Positions 1 through 13,855 are shown, numbered from the stretch's first letter. The stretch is 40,702 nucleotides of DNA from Octopus bimaculoides (GCF_001194135.2 NC_068993.1:63821459-63862160), one strand, 5' to 3'. Notes: generated by a model from the letters alone, not told the origin. Numbers and translations: made by a program.

Positions 1-39
<39 letters not shown>

Positions 40-462
40 AGACACATACACACACACACATATATATGTAAGCATATATGTATGTATGCATACAAACATA
101 CACATGCATACATAAAATTTATAAGCTTATATAAATATACACTCATGCGGTAAGTTTTGTCTGAAAATGTGTGTGTATGATTGTGTGTGTGTCTTTAATG
201 TAAGCGATTAGTGAAATAATACAAATGAATGATAATATCACCCCTGGTGGTAATTGAGATAGAGTTACTGTGTTTATTGAGAGAGATATGAAAGAACAGG
301 TTCAATTTGTCTCCCAGACCGTTTCGATACAATTGCTAATGGTGACAGCACTGCTAGTTGGCAAGGCAAATAAAATACTGTCTCTCGCTCTCGCATTCAA
401 ATCTACACTTGGAAATCTATACAACCGCACACTATCCACACTATGCACACTATGCACACTAT

Positions 463-508
<46 letters not shown>

Positions 509-535
509 NNNNNNNNNNACACACACACACACACG

Positions 536-566
<31 letters not shown>

Positions 567-2217
567 CTTTATATGTATATATATGAACCAGCATCAACAC
601 CATAGTGAATCATTATCTTTTCCACCCTCCGTCCGTGTACGTGTGTCTGCATACACAATCCTCCACATAGTTTCCATTCGTCCACCTAGTTTCCTCTTTA
701 TCTTTCATCTGTCTCTCGAGATATAAATTGCGAGTTTAGAGGCAACACCCCCCCCCCCCNNNNNNNNNNNNNNNNNNNNNNNNCCCCCCAGTCACACAAT
801 TATATATAACAGTTCGATATCTCTTACTGTAAATAACTAATAAAGTCTACTATATATATATTGGGCACTTCCTCTCACCTTCGCAACCCCAGAGTCTCTC
901 TCCCCCTCCCTCTTTCTTTGTATTATACACAGGGAAAACAAATATCAACACTCACCTTTTGGTTTCGAATCAAAAAATCCTTTAATGTTGCTCCCGCTCT
1001 TCAAAACACAGGAATATTTATACTCAGGAACGCATACATGCCGACACACACCATTAGACATGCACATACACAAATATTTATACAACTCAACATTTCTATG
1101 TCGAGGTATATAAATGCAAGCACACACATACGCGCGCATACACACATGTATATATATATACGTGTATATATGTACATATGTATATATGTAGTGCGAACAG
1201 AGTCTTGAAAGGAAATAAGAATACAATGAAATTTTTAGAATATTAAAATTTCAGTTGTATTCGACACAGTAAATCTAAACTGACGTATTCCCAAGATTTC
1301 GTTGATAGAACTTAACATTTATAGTTTCCATGGAGAAATAAATAGGAAACCAATATCTCAAACTAGTAGGATTTAGTATGTGATCATGGAAAAACCTATT
1401 AATAAAAGATGTTGGTCAAATTTGAAAATGGGTACAGAATATTAAGCTGTATCGTTTTGACTAAAAGTCGGGTCTTTAAGGAATCTGATTTTTATTTATT
1501 TTTTTTTTTTTTAGGAATAGTGTGAATAGCNNNNNNNNNNTACAATGATGGACAAGATACATTTTAGAAAAACCGGGGATCTGGTTGAGAAGAGTAGAGG
1601 TCATAATCCATCGACGCATACATTGACATTCATGGTCAAGTAGCAAAATGGATGAATCATTAGAACGCCGGATAGAAACCCTTTTTGGCATTCGTTCCAG
1701 CTCTGCGCTATGAGTTCAAATCCAATCGAAGTTAGCCTTACTTTTCCTTGGTACCAGTGCAAGGTGGAAAATTAGTGAAAATGGAATGGGATACGCTGCA
1801 GTAGTTTTTTTCGGTTCTTTGCATACCGATGCCAATGCTTTCGATGTCACAGATGTCAAGCTGTGGACAAAATCGTGGAAAAGAGAAAGGAATTCTCCAA
1901 GAGCAGATCTATGAATTTAAATCTTTCCGGAGATAGATTTGCCTTTCATCCACCTGGGATTCACAGAAATGAATACTGCGTCTCACTAAAGAACATACAA
2001 CGATGCCTGGCAGAAGTCATTAAATAGACATTGGTTCCAATAATCTGAACAAAAGGGTGCATAGTAGCATTTCTTATGAAGAATTTTTCATAACTAAGAA
2101 ACGATACTCGAACTGTATTATACAGAGAGTGTATATATATTGCGTCGCAGAACACTTTGAAACTCAGATTACACAATACTACTCCGAGTTTCCTGTTCGA
2201 TTTACATACTTTATTTT

Positions 2218-2273
<56 letters not shown>

Positions 2274-3194
2274 CACATAACACACACATATACGCATATA
2301 TATGTACTTAAACACCCAATTATATATACTGTGACTCACAATTACACATAAGTATTTTTTTTTGTGATTGTTGATGAATCAGTGAAGTTGTTTTTGGATT
2401 GATCATTATCCTTTATTCATTATCCTTTATTCATTATCTTTTATTCATTTCTATATTTTATAGATATTTTTTGTGTGTGCTTCCTGTATATATATATATG
2501 CTGCAATAAATAATTTGCTTTAATGCGATTGAGAAAAATATTGATTTTATTTGTGTGTGTTGTGTGTGTGTGTATGAGTGCGTGTGTTGTGTGTGTGTGT
2601 CTATACTCACGTATGTGCTCATGTTTACAGGTACACACACAAACATACAGACTGACACGCACATTTTCTCTTTCATATAACGTTGTGTGTGTGCGCGTGC
2701 GTACGTGTATGTGCGTGTGTGTGTGTGCATGCGTGTGCAATTGTACCGTATATGTGTAAAGCACCACATATATTGGCTCTTATGTTTTATATGTAGCATT
2801 TCCGACAGAAACCTTGCCTCTCCACCTTATCATTTTTAATGACAAGTGGAGTATTTCCTCACAACTGATGTAGATGGAAGATAATTCCAAAAAATATTGA
2901 CAAACAAGTTTTTAGTCGCAGAACACGTATTAAAATATTAATTAAAAAAATAGCTTGGCGAATATTCGCCATCGATCTTTGCAGCATAACGTTGAAATAC
3001 ATCTACAAAGATGGAAAGAGCAGATTAAATTGTCAAAATCAGACTAAAATGAACATTTCATTATTAAAAGGAGAAGCGAGAGTATAGATGTTAGAGTCGA
3101 TACAGTGCCAGACATTTAGCCGAAAGGTAGGAAGTTCGAATCCTATCGGTGTGGTGGTGTTGTTGTTTGCGGCCAAGATAAATCTCAATGGTTA

Positions 3195-3250
3195 ATCGGC
3201 TAAGTAACGAGGACGTAAACAAAGCAGCACCTGTTGTCAAGCGACGGTGA

Positions 3251-3313
<63 letters not shown>

Positions 3314-3486
3314 TCACACATAAACACACGCATACACAGCTTTCAGTTTCCGTCCCACAAATCCAAAGGCTTTGGTCGGCCCTAGTCTACAGTATAAGGC
3401 ACATTCCTGGGATGCCACGCAGTGGAACTGAACCTGTAACCATGTGCTTGGAGAGCCAATCTCTTACCACACAGTGATGCCTGCGC
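3195..3486 (-). mobile_element. tRNA-derived CORE-type SINE with internal (CA)n tract
   Basis: The minus strand begins gcgcaggcatcactgtgtggtaagag...ggttcagttccactgcgtggcatcccaggaatgtg. This has degenerate A and B boxes and a segment resembling the CORE-SINE ccttgggcaagt motif, followed by a (CA)n tract. Linking the 3195-3250 segment to this element relies on recall of an octopus SINE consensus. Confidence 0.7.
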
Positions 3487-4065
3487 GTATAATGTATAAT
3501 ATTCATGAAAATGCTTTGCAATGAAGCTTAGGTGAAAAGGTCAACAATCTTGTATTTAATGCAAGCAACAAATTTTAAGAATATTTCCCAATAAAAGCAT
3601 CAAATTTTAATTGAGTTATTCTTTTCGGAATTTAAATATTTTGTATAATAAGTTTATTGATTTGCCAAAATGTGAAAAGAGTGCCGCTGCTGTTGAAGGA
3701 CCTTAACCTATAGCGATCGAAGTTCTCTCATTCGAAAATATATACAATCTTTTGAAGCTGAACTCTCCACAGGAAAGTTTAATTGCAAAAGAAAGAATCG
3801 AATGGAGCTAAAGATTTATCTATCGCAACACCTCGAAACTTACTGAAAACGGATGTGTGTACTGATTTGATTAACCACAGGGATTGGGGAAAAGATTAAC
3901 TTAAAGCCTCACAGGAACTCCACGTGATTGTATTGCCGTGCTAAAAACACAAAACAGGAACCATAAAAATGTATACGAAAATATCCACGGAAAAAAATCG
4001 AAGAGACATAGGAAAAAAATATATATGTGTATGTGTATGTGTGTATGCATATGTATGCATGTATA

Positions 4066-4118
<53 letters not shown>

Positions 4119-4519
4119 CAATACACATACACAAACACGCACAAGCATACATATATGTATACCGTACATACATATATAGCTATGTAGCTGAACAGATAGA
4201 TAAATAGAAAGACAGTTAAATAGATATATATTCGTTGGTCCGACAATTCGGTGTGGGACATTAAAATGTCATGAATAATAGAAGTATTAATCCTATATCA
4301 TTGAAATATTCTATTCAAGTTCTTATTACACTTCGTGCTTATTTGGAAATAATTTTCATTTCGAACCACTACAGTACAAAACTGAACAACCATAATATAT
4401 AAAACAGAATAAAGGAAGAAAAAGAGGAGGAAAAAAGAATAGAAACAGTAAAAAAAAATTAAAACGAAACAAGAATTGCCAAAAAGAATTAAAACAAATA
4501 AAAGAAATGGTAAAAAAAA

Positions 4520-4665
4520 AAAAAATGCCGATTCTTTCTCGAATGTCTTTTAGTGAAAGGTTTGAAGATAATGTTGTGAAATCGAACATATTGAGTGTCA
4601 AGAATGTCTTGGTGTGTTTTAGTCCGAATTTCTTCAAAGATATTTCCACGTCGATCAGGCTATTT
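4520..4665 (-). mobile_element. Degenerate Penelope-like RT fragment
   Basis: The minus frame reads LVNSLIDVEISLKKFGLKHTKTFLTLNMFDFTTLSSNLSLKDIRERIGIFF, resembling the PLE RT segment (T)FDFSTLYT.IPH..LK.RL. Short and diverged. Confidence 0.4.
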
Positions 4666-4899
4666 ACTAGGAAAAAATACAATATAGCAATAGAATTTAT
4701 AGACACAAATACAAACACACACATAAACATACACACACACAAGCACACATACATTTATATACACGCATATATATATATATATGTAAGTATAATATTAAAT
4801 ATATTAATATATGTATACACTCAATCACATAGATATATTACAGATCACATATATGTATGCGTGTGTTCGCGCGTGTATGCACAAGCACGTACATACACA

Positions 4900-4939
<40 letters not shown>

Positions 4940-4951
4940 TATATATATGTA

Positions 4952-5001
<50 letters not shown>

Positions 5002-6739
5002 TATCTATAATATGTAAATACACCAGTATATGTACACAGACATACTCCTATATCTATATCTATATCTATATATATATATTTCTAAATTCACTTATTATCT
5101 AGAATACACTTGCTTGTAATGCAACCTTCAATTTCTGAATATTAAAAAAATAAGTTTTGAAACCGCCATCTTTAATAGCAAAGTCGACAATATTGTCAGA
5201 AAAAAAAAACGAAGCAACATCAGGGTGGCTTTTTGGGTAAGATCAAAGTGTCGTATGATAAATAAGGTTTATAACATGTTGTTGTTCTCAAAAGTGTTAT
5301 AGGAATCTTCTTCAAATACAATCTACACGTAATATTACTTTAGCTATTGTTTGTATTGTTCGCATTGATGACGGAGAGAGACGAATCGATGACAATACAT
5401 AGACTCTAGAAAGGCCTACATTTATATACTTGTATCAACCATAGGCGTTGTCTTCATGCCCAGCACACTTAATACTGAACGCTTGAATTTCCCAAGCTAT
5501 AATAACAACAACAACAACAACATATAATAATATCCGACATTCCATTTTGTGCAAATATTGTTTGATGGATAAATTCATTGCGTTTCATAATATGAAAGGT
5601 GTTAGATTCGGGAGCATGTTGTGTTTTAGTATCACACGAACTCTATTGTGCGATATGTTTTTTTATGGGAGACTGTAAGATGTAAGAGAAAGACGTCTGG
5701 TTGATATTTTCAGCACGTCGAATGACTTTCTAAACGCTCTTGTTGAACACCGAGACCATATATCGATATATTAACGTCACCTTATTTGCCAGACAGGAAC
5801 ATAAGAACGATTTCTCTCCACGCCCCTCTCTCTCTTTCTCTTTCATTCTTTCTTTAATGACTTCAAAGAAATGGTTGGTATAAGAGGCGTTGTGAGCAAT
5901 GAGTTACCCCAGGAAGGTGTGAGAGATGTTGGGATGAAGAGTTTAAGCTAAGGCAGAGTTACATTGGCATCGTTATTCTATAAAGACATTTCGTCAACTC
6001 TGCTGTAAGATCTTCACACTTCTCTTTGTTTAACACCTCTTTGTTACGTGATTATATAATCTTGCTGATGTTTCGTCTCAGGTTTGCTTTATTTGAGCAG
6101 AACTATAAGGAGAGGCGTTCTTTCTGTGACCATTTCATCTATTATTTTTCAGATACAATGTACTTAGGACTACAATATCTTCTTAGGAAAGATAAAAGGC
6201 AAACTGAATCTAAGCGAGATTTGAACTCTGAATGTGAAAGGACGTAGACCAGAAAAACATTTTCTGTGACAGTTTGTCCTTTACACACCATTCCGATGAT
6301 TGTAGAACATTTCCTTTGGAGTTTCTTGTTTCTTCTCGAAACTTTGAGACACATCTAAAATCTTTTGATAAATCTTGTTGACCATTCAATATCTTCTACC
6401 TGATTGAAGCCTATTCACAGCAGCATTAAATTCACGTTTCTTCCAAAATATTCTCTCAGAATTCTCATAATTGTTCTTCTAAGAACTGTTTATCATCATC
6501 TTGCTATCTCATTCAAAGCTGCGAGCATTTTATTCCATGTTGCCAATAGCTGCTTGATTTTCAACAGAAATGCCTCAGAATTATAGTTATGGCTAAGCAA
6601 GCTGGAATTAAATATAGAAACTATTTATTCCGCACCATTTCTCTTACTTTCATAATGTTTCTTATAAGGAAATTGTCAAAGAGCAACAAGTCTTCATTTC
6701 TTCACGTCAATAAATTCGGACATTGTGTTAGTGTTTTGC

Positions 6740-6780
6740 TCTTTTAGTCATTGGATTCCGGCCATGCTAGAGCACATGGA
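6740..6780 (-). repeat. Short fragment of a dispersed repeat (ggccatgct-gagcac family)
   Basis: ttttagtcattggattccggccatgctagagcac is similar to 23215-23265 (gaccgcggccatgctggagcaccgtctttagtcgaac) and ~25680-25735. Probably the 3' part of the SINE family at 3195-3486 (recall-based). Confidence 0.5.
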
Positions 6781-7454
6781 ACTCTGTATTTATTTTATTG
6801 ATCTATATTTTATCGACTGGATAAGTTTATATTTTTATCACAACATTGGCTTTTAGATCGAAGCCGTTGTATCAAACGCATTAACACATAACACAAACAG
6901 GAACACAAACACAAAAACATACACATTTACAAAGTGGCGTTGCAGTTGGAATATGTGCGTAGAGAATTCCTCGTTGGCTTCAATTGTATCACTTAATCTG
7001 TCGTTCGATTAAACACCACTAACAGACCCTTGAGTAAATTTAGTGGAGTGTTCTCATTTAGAAAGCGGATCCTGGGGTCTGTAGACAAATCTACCGCCCG
7101 GCCACGTCCCATTCCTCCCAGTAGCCTTAAAGACCCCGAAAAGCATTCGTGAGAGTAAGTGATAAAGCATGAGATTGAGCAAGGAGACAGGGAGGAGTGG
7201 AGCACAGAAGGAGAATGAGACAGGTCGTAAAGAGAGAGGGAGAGGGAGGGAGAGAGAGAGAGAGAGAGAAGGAGTGAGCGATAAAAAGAGAAAGTGAGAG
7301 TGGAAGTGTGTGTGTGGGGTTCGAGAGTGAGGATGGGCAATTGAACGGGATATAGCACATTAAGTCTAGTTTTGTAAAGTTTGCGATTGTACAGCAGAGC
7401 TTATGTTGCTAGAAGCTATTTAAAGGTAGCAATATATATATATATGGAGAGAAG

Positions 7455-7502
<48 letters not shown>

Positions 7503-8244
7503 ATATTACGCAGAGACATCGAAATAATGAACAGTCAAAGTCAATTCAACATGATTGCTAATACAATGATTGTTTCTGTAATCTACAGAGATAATGTAGT
7601 CCAGAACTTGACAACTTCTCGCGTTCACTTTCAGTGTTTTGTTATTTCTGACAAAGTAAGAAAATAAAATATAAATCAAATAATAGATAAGAAAATAATA
7701 TATATATATATATATAAATATGTAAAAGAAAAAAGACAAGAAAAAATAATAATTCAAACTGTTGGACGCATAGAGTTGTCAGGTACAAAATCAGGAATGT
7801 AACTGCAGAGATCAAATATATAGATTTGCTGTTATGTTCCGCCTAGATCTGTCACATTCGGAGGAGCAGCACACATTAAAATGACAAAATTTGATATATA
7901 ATTCTTCAATTGCTTATGGCAAGCATTTTCCAATTACACCAAGTGGAGACAGTTCTGACTTAAATCTTCCTAAGTAGATAAGAGCATTCCATTCCAATCC
8001 ATTCCACGTTGTTTACAAATAAACTCTCGTCAACGAAACAATTTTCTGGGTCAGTGCTTTAATATTTAATATTTAATCTACTACCTAACTGCTGTTTAGT
8101 TTTTGGTTACTAATCTTCAGCTACAGCTAGGATTAATGTGCAAACCCACACCCCTTACCATTCATATTCACAGACCTTTGCTGGCTAAAATTACGTGTTT
8201 CTTTACAAGTTTGATTTCTTGTTATCTTAAGAAAAGCTATTGTT

Positions 8245-8396
8245 TAGGCGGTAAAACGACAGAATCATTAGTCCGTTGGATACAATAGTTTGCAAAAGTC
8301 GTTCGTTCGGTTTGAGTTCAAATCACGCCATAGTCATCTTGGCCATCTATCCTTTAAGAGTTGATAAATAAAGTACCAATCGAGTACTGAGGTCAA
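8245..8396 (+). mobile_element. Degenerate SINE copy (ggcggcgagctggcagaatcg family)
   Basis: Aligns by eye to better copies at 18378, 20258 and 31950: taggcggtaaaacgacagaatcattag...tgagttcaaat...atcctttaagagttgataaataaagtacca. Confidence 0.65.
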
Positions 8397-8459
8397 TTAT
8401 TCTTTCCATATCTTCCTTTCCTTCAAGTCTATATTAGTAATTAAAAAATCCGATCCTTA

Positions 8460-10290
8460 CAAATCCCGATAGAAAAGCCAAACACCATAGGTTAATTCCA
8501 CAAGTAGAATGTTCACGGTTGAGGCCACTGGAGAAACTCACACTAATAGCAGCTAATTAAACAAGAGGTAGCAATAGTCGTCCCTGTTATCAGATTTGAA
8601 CTGATTCAAAGTGAACCCCGTGACACCACAGCCAGCTCTGTTCACGACGCACCTTACGGTGTATTACGTGGAACAGAGATTGTCCTACCGGTGATCGCGT
8701 AAAATTGCACGTTTCCTACTTCACTACCAACGACAAACTTCAATCTCTTGGCGAATACCGGTGTCAAAACTTCACTTCTGTGTTGGGCAGCAGAGTTATG
8801 GGTTTGAAATTGTTTATTTCTACTGTCATAACCGAATCTTTTCTCAATACAATAAAGAATGCTGCTAATTGCAGTCGACAGCCGTAATATCGATCACGCC
8901 TGACACGTTGCAATAAAGCTCGTAGAGCGGGCAAACCAGTCTCAGCAAAAAAACCTGTCGCACTACGGCTCACTACGACTATCGCTACGTTTGATGTAAT
9001 CGGTTTCTTGTAGCAGCTTGCAATTGCGGTCGAGAGCTGTTGTAGATTCTCGTGGGAGAAATCGAAGTCCATTGTCTCCAGCTCACCACTCCTAGTAACA
9101 GCTTGGCAAAGGGCTGCTAGAAAATCATACGATTCATCAGTTATCGAAATGTAGCTTTTGGTCGCATTACCTGTCTCTCCCTCTCCGACCTACAGAATGA
9201 CATTTGTGTCCTCGAGATTCAGACGCCATTGAACAAAGAACTCAAAATGTCGGTGTTTCACTTCGAAAAATTAGTGAAGGCCAATTCCACTAGCAGTTCT
9301 ATGCATCTCTTCTACTCAGTTGGTCAGTTTTGCCTCTTCTCTCTATCGCTACCACTTAACTAAAGATAATCGATGGTGTTCTAAATTTCTCTTTAGTGAG
9401 ATCCACTATTTGTTGGTAATGAGTCACGCCAGTTTCGCGATCATGTCCTTGAAATGTTCTCCTGTCGAGAATGAGACTTTAAGACGTTACTTTAAGAAGA
9501 TTCTTATTTATTTATTTTGCTTCAGTTAACTGTGCATAATCCCTAATCTGTAGTTCCTGTAGTCAACTACTCGAAACAATAAATAACGTACACCGTGCCA
9601 GCGATCTGGTCTTGCAAAACCTCTGATTAAAACCCGTCCGGCCAAGGATTTCTGAAAGTTACGCAAAAAAGTCTCCATCCCAAAGTCTTCCAAACAAGGA
9701 AGCTAGTTCAGTCCCCATCGACACCTAATACTTTTCTTGAGTACGCCATCGCTCTTAACCCCTACCAGTCCTTTCTATATTATTAAAGTGTAACTTCCAC
9801 CGAGCTTGTTGTCTGACTAGTAGAGGGGAAATGAGTGTCTGACGACATTCCAAATGACCGGTGCCCAATCCTGTTCTGTTCTTGATCCATCAATATAGGT
9901 CTGTGAAAGTGTCGAGCTACAGAAAAGTGCGCCTTACAAATGAGCCACACCTGCTCACCGTCTGTATGTGGCGTAACCTCAACGCGTTACTGCGCATTAG
10001 CAACCAAGGCAAGTCAAGCTTGCCTTCCTGAGGGCGCTGGAAACATATAGGCCTCTTCATTGAGGGAACGTACTCATATCACAGAAAGCGAAGGTGCAAA
10101 CCTTTTAAGATGGTCAGACAGGGATTAGGAAAAGGAGGTAAATTGCGAGGGAAAGCGATGTGGGCATTCACCATCACGCATCTCGGCTCGATCTTTCAAG
10201 GATAACTTCATCTTAGCACATTCATTGGCGAGAGCTCTGCTTGTAATCTCGTCTCAGTTCCTATTAATCTGGAGGTATGCAATCTGAAAC
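8460..10290 (-). mobile_element. Degenerate Tx1/L1-clade non-LTR retrotransposon ORF2 (APE endonuclease, linker, start of RT)
   Basis: Minus-strand motifs occur in the expected order despite frameshifts and stops: IGTETRL (DxIxxxETR/H), G(K)L, (V)YA(P), GH.WNVV (GDWNAV), YL.RV (SYLDRV), ITNK*W, NNFKPITLLPNTEVK (NFRPITLLNTELK), FAKRLKFVVG, AITGRTI, LNQFKSDNRDD (LDQSKAFDRVD). Confidence 0.8.
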
Positions 10291-10329
10291 TATTTATAAC
10301 CGGGAGAACTCACAAAACTTACAGAATAA

Positions 10330-10730
10330 AGTAGTTCTTGCAGAAGATAAAACGACATCTTGCAACCTTTAATTCGGTTTTCGTGCTTATCCTCATCAAT
10401 AATTATGAATGTTGGCCGAAATTGGGTTCCACTGAAAGAACTCTGGAGCAACGTTATCAACAGGATGCGTAACCCAGAGATCAGAGAGCCTCTCCAGATC
10501 GAGCAGCTCTAGGTCACGGCTCCGGTTCTACGAACATGTGGTTAGAATAGAACAGGAAAAGATTGTAATACGGATTCTTCAAGGTGAACCAACCGATAAA
10601 GAGACTTAGTAGTAGACCAAGAACGCGATAGTTGGATAATAGCCATAATGTCTGTTGGTCACGCTTGAGATCCAACAAGAAACTGTAATGACAGGCTGGA
10701 CGGATGGAATGTCAAATAAGATGCCATAAC
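10330..10730 (+). mobile_element. RTE-clade LINE 3' fragment
   Basis: Translates as LATFNSVFVLILINNYECW ... MRNPEIRE..LQIE ... LRFYEHVVRIEQEKIVIRILQGEPTDK..RPRTR*LDN..VCWSRL. This matches the RTE C-terminal pattern (TYGxExW, RNxEIR, WxGHVxRM, GxRxRGRPRxRW). Confidence 0.75.
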
Positions 10731-10749
10731 AGAATTGAATCAAGCATAG

Positions 10750-12150
10750 ATATTCTTTAGGAATCTATGAAGTGGACAGAAGAATGAAAAGATTAGGAAG
10801 AAATGATATTTTAGATGTACCAGATTAATAATTAAAACACAGCAAAATATAAGAAAATGAGGTAAAAGGCATGAATACTCTAATTAACACAGTTTTAAGT
10901 GAGTTATAATTACTCTTAATTGGATGTTAAATGAACTAGCATAATTAATCAGGAATGCAAGGAAAATATTGGCTATATTAGAAAATACCACACAAAATCA
11001 AAAATTGATTTTCCGACGAATAAAACACGGCGTCATACTTGTAGGCCACTATTACAAAATATTCACTGTAGAGTAACAAATATTTCTAAAACAGAATCAT
11101 GGGAATGATAGCTACGAAATAAGAATTAAACATAAATAAATAAATAAACAAGGAAGGTAAACATACAACAGAGAAGCTGCAGTAATAGAGAGTTACGAAG
11201 AAAACGAAGAAACAAAGGCAGAAATGATGAAACAACTAAAATCTGAATAAAATTGGAACTACAGAATGTCAAGATAAAATAATGGCAAGAAAAACACTGC
11301 GTCGTCAGTATTAGAAAAAAAAAAAACAAAAAAACAAAACTAAACAGAATGGAAAGAGACGAAAATTTCCAGCACTGGCTGAGAAGTGCAGGAGTCAGTG
11401 CAAAGAATGGAAGGTTCTTTACTGCAGCACAGGACCAAGACCTCTCCCATCCCCACCAGAAAACACCAGATGAGGAAGAAGAATACAGAGACTGCAGAAG
11501 ATGTAGAGATATGGAAGAAACAATTAACCGCGCTTTCTGACTGCTTAGTCTTAACCGAAGTAGAATACATCCAGAAGCACGACACGGTCGGGGCTTCCAT
11601 ATACTGGAAGTTATGCCAACACTATGAAATACCAAGGGATAAGATATAATATAAGCATATAACGGGAAAAATGTTTCTGAAGATAGTTAAGCAAGTATAT
11701 GCAAATATACACAGATACGCAAACATGCACATCAAGATTAATCGACCAGATATTGTTGTCAATGACTGCCAGGAAAGCGAAATCCTTTCTAATCGACATA
11801 TCTGTTCCAACAAATGATAATAATCCGAAAAAGATGGGAAATTATCCAAATATAAAGATCTGGACATAGAGATAACCTGAATGTGGAGCCTGAAAACAGA
11901 AACAATCTCTCTAGTAATGGCTCCTTTAGGAATGGTAAAAACGTGCCGACAAATACGTAACCAAAATTTCAAGACTTATAAATATGCATAACATACAGAA
12001 AATAGCACTGGTAAGAACCATACAAATATATTAGGAAGAACATTTTCAGCACAGTAAATATAGCTAAAGCGAAACAAAGCGTTGCATCCATCCAGTGTAT
12101 ACAGAACTGCGCTCAGTAATGGAGTGAAAGTTAGTAATAAAAGCAAAACT
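10750..12150 (+). mobile_element. R4/Dong-clade non-LTR retrotransposon 3' part (post-RT region, CCHC knuckle, restriction-like endonuclease)
   Basis: Motifs in order: NTL..V(L)S...NWMLNEL; QHWLRSAG..AKNGRFFTAAQDQ; CRRCRDMEETIN..(S)DC; EYIQKHDTVG.(I)YWKLCQHYEIP; NRPDIVV; LIDISVP; SKYKDLDIEI..MWSLKTETI; IQKIAL. These are followed by a short 3' UTR and a (TAA)n tract. Confidence 0.85.
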
Positions 12151-12151
12151 G

Positions 12152-12152
12152 C

Positions 12153-12237
<85 letters not shown>

Positions 12238-12242
12238 TAATA
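12152..12242 (+). repeat. (TAA)n microsatellite; tail or target of the R4/Dong element
   Basis: About 30 TAA units directly follow the LINE 3' UTR. Confidence 0.9.
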
Positions 12243-12535
12243 AATATTCTGCTCAATATCACAGATTTGCTTGTCAGTTGTTTGACCATAACTAGTTGAG
12301 CATGTCCCTTAGTGGCTGACGATATGTGCATCTCTGATCACGAGCAGAAGTAGTGGGGGAGCATCATAGCCATGTGTGTTGAGAGGAATGTTTTGAGGTT
12401 TGGACAATTCACCTTTGGAAACGTGGGTCTTTCGTTCAAAACCTTTAAACAAGCCCTATTCAGGGACCTTTTGAGCGGGATAGGCTACTCGACTTGAAGA
12501 AAATTCTAACTGGTCCCACCTGTTTTTTGACAGCT
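12243..12535. repeat. Dispersed repeat, copy 1
   Basis: aaatattctgctcaatatcacagatttgcttgtcagttgtttgaccataactagttgagcatgtccc...gatcacgagcagaagtag has a diverged second copy at ~32870-33010. Confidence 0.75.
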
Positions 12536-12830
12536 CAGCAAAAACTCCCTTATTTCGTACCTACATGGCCCTTACCATCTACGGAGAAATTTCCAGGGCC
12601 ATGACTTTTAAAAAGGTTATTCATAAGCTTTAAAAACCGAACGCCCACAGAAAAAAAAACTTCTAGATGACAGCCAAAAACATACCTGGTTTCCGAAATT
12701 ACTAATGATGTCACAAAGAAAACTGTTAGTAATTTTTTAAAATTTGTGTCCTGATGGGGATAAAAGTTTGGCGAGGGAACAATCGATTATATTATTCCTC
12801 GTGCTTTATTGGTATATTATTCTATGAACG

Positions 12831-13050
12831 CATGACTCAATGGTTAGAGTGTCGGGGTCACACCCATAAGGTAGTGTGTTGGATTCGCTGACCGGGCTGT
12901 GTGTTGTGTTCATGAGCAAGACACTCTATTTCACGTTGCTCCAGTTCACTCAGCTGTAGAAATGAGTCGCTGATGCCAAGTTGTATCGGCTTTTGCCCTT
13001 CCCCTGGATAGCATCAGTAGCATGGGAGGCTGGTATTCATGGGCGACTTC
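12831..13050 (+). mobile_element. tRNA-derived CORE-type SINE (second family)
   Basis: A-box-like tgactcaatggttag at ~12833 and B-box-like gttggattcgc at 12878-12888, then a CORE-like segment (tgagcaagacactctatttcacgttgctccagttcactcagctgtagaaatgag). Confidence 0.75.
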
Positions 13051-13249
13051 TGGTCTTCCATAAAGACCTTTCCTGGTTCTTTTACTCTTTATTCTATGAA
13101 CCCCAGAATGATGAAAGACAAATTGGGGATGATAAATAGTATTTGTTGTTTTATTTGACTCAAGGGCAAATAAGAAAGGATATTGCAAGGAAAAATTACA
13201 ACGTAATTCTTTATAACATAGACACAAGGGCGTAAATTTGATGTCAAGG

Positions 13250-13390
13250 GTCAATCGACCGCAGTATTTGACCGCTACTTTATAAATATGGTGCTCAGGG
13301 TATCAAAGGCAAAGCTGGCTGTAGCAGAGTTTGAAATCAAAACAAAGCATTTTCCCGGAATTCCAACGATTCTGCCAACGCACCATCTTC
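13250..13390 (-). mobile_element. Highly degenerate SINE copy (ggcggcgagctggcagaatcg family)
   Basis: Plus-strand aacgattctgccaac and tttgaaatcaaaac match the reverse complement of the family head. Confidence 0.5.
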
Positions 13391-13790
13391 GCCAAGCAGG
13401 AAAATATTTATGAATAATAAAAATTCTGCAAAGTGCATTGATCCCCGATAAAAGTGCTTCGAGTGGCGACCGGAGTTTAAAGAGTGCAACTGTATATCGG
13501 GAGAGTTATTGTTACTGCAGCGCTGCTTTAATTCGAATGCTTCTTTGAAACGGAATAGATTGGAAAGATGTAGTGTGAAATTAAAGATGAATTAAAGAGA
13601 TTGTTTAAGCACAATATAAAGAAGGGGAAAATAATTGAGAAGTGAGAAAGAAATAAGGATGAAAAATGCGAAAGAAGGAGAGAGAAGAGAGATACAGGTA
13701 AGAGAGGGGAAGGAAAGAAAGAGGTGAGAAAGATGAGTGTGAGAGAAGGCTGATATAGAGAGTTACACCGAGAAGGAGAGAGTGGAAAAG

Positions 13791-13794
<4 letters not shown>

Positions 13795-13851
<57 letters not shown>
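13795..13851. repeat. (GA)n microsatellite
   Basis: Direct inspection. Similar tracts lie at ~7460-7500, 15360-15400 and 19170-19200. Confidence 0.95.

Positions 13852-13855
<4 letters not shown>

Noticed and set aside
3120-3150. tRNA-like GTTCGAATCC box (also GAGTTCGATTCCC at ~24557)
   Set aside because: No cloverleaf can be built; these are more likely SINE head debris.
6100-6600. Possible LINE-derived frame on the minus strand (RIFWKKREFN...)
   Set aside because: The motif order does not fit any clade I could identify.
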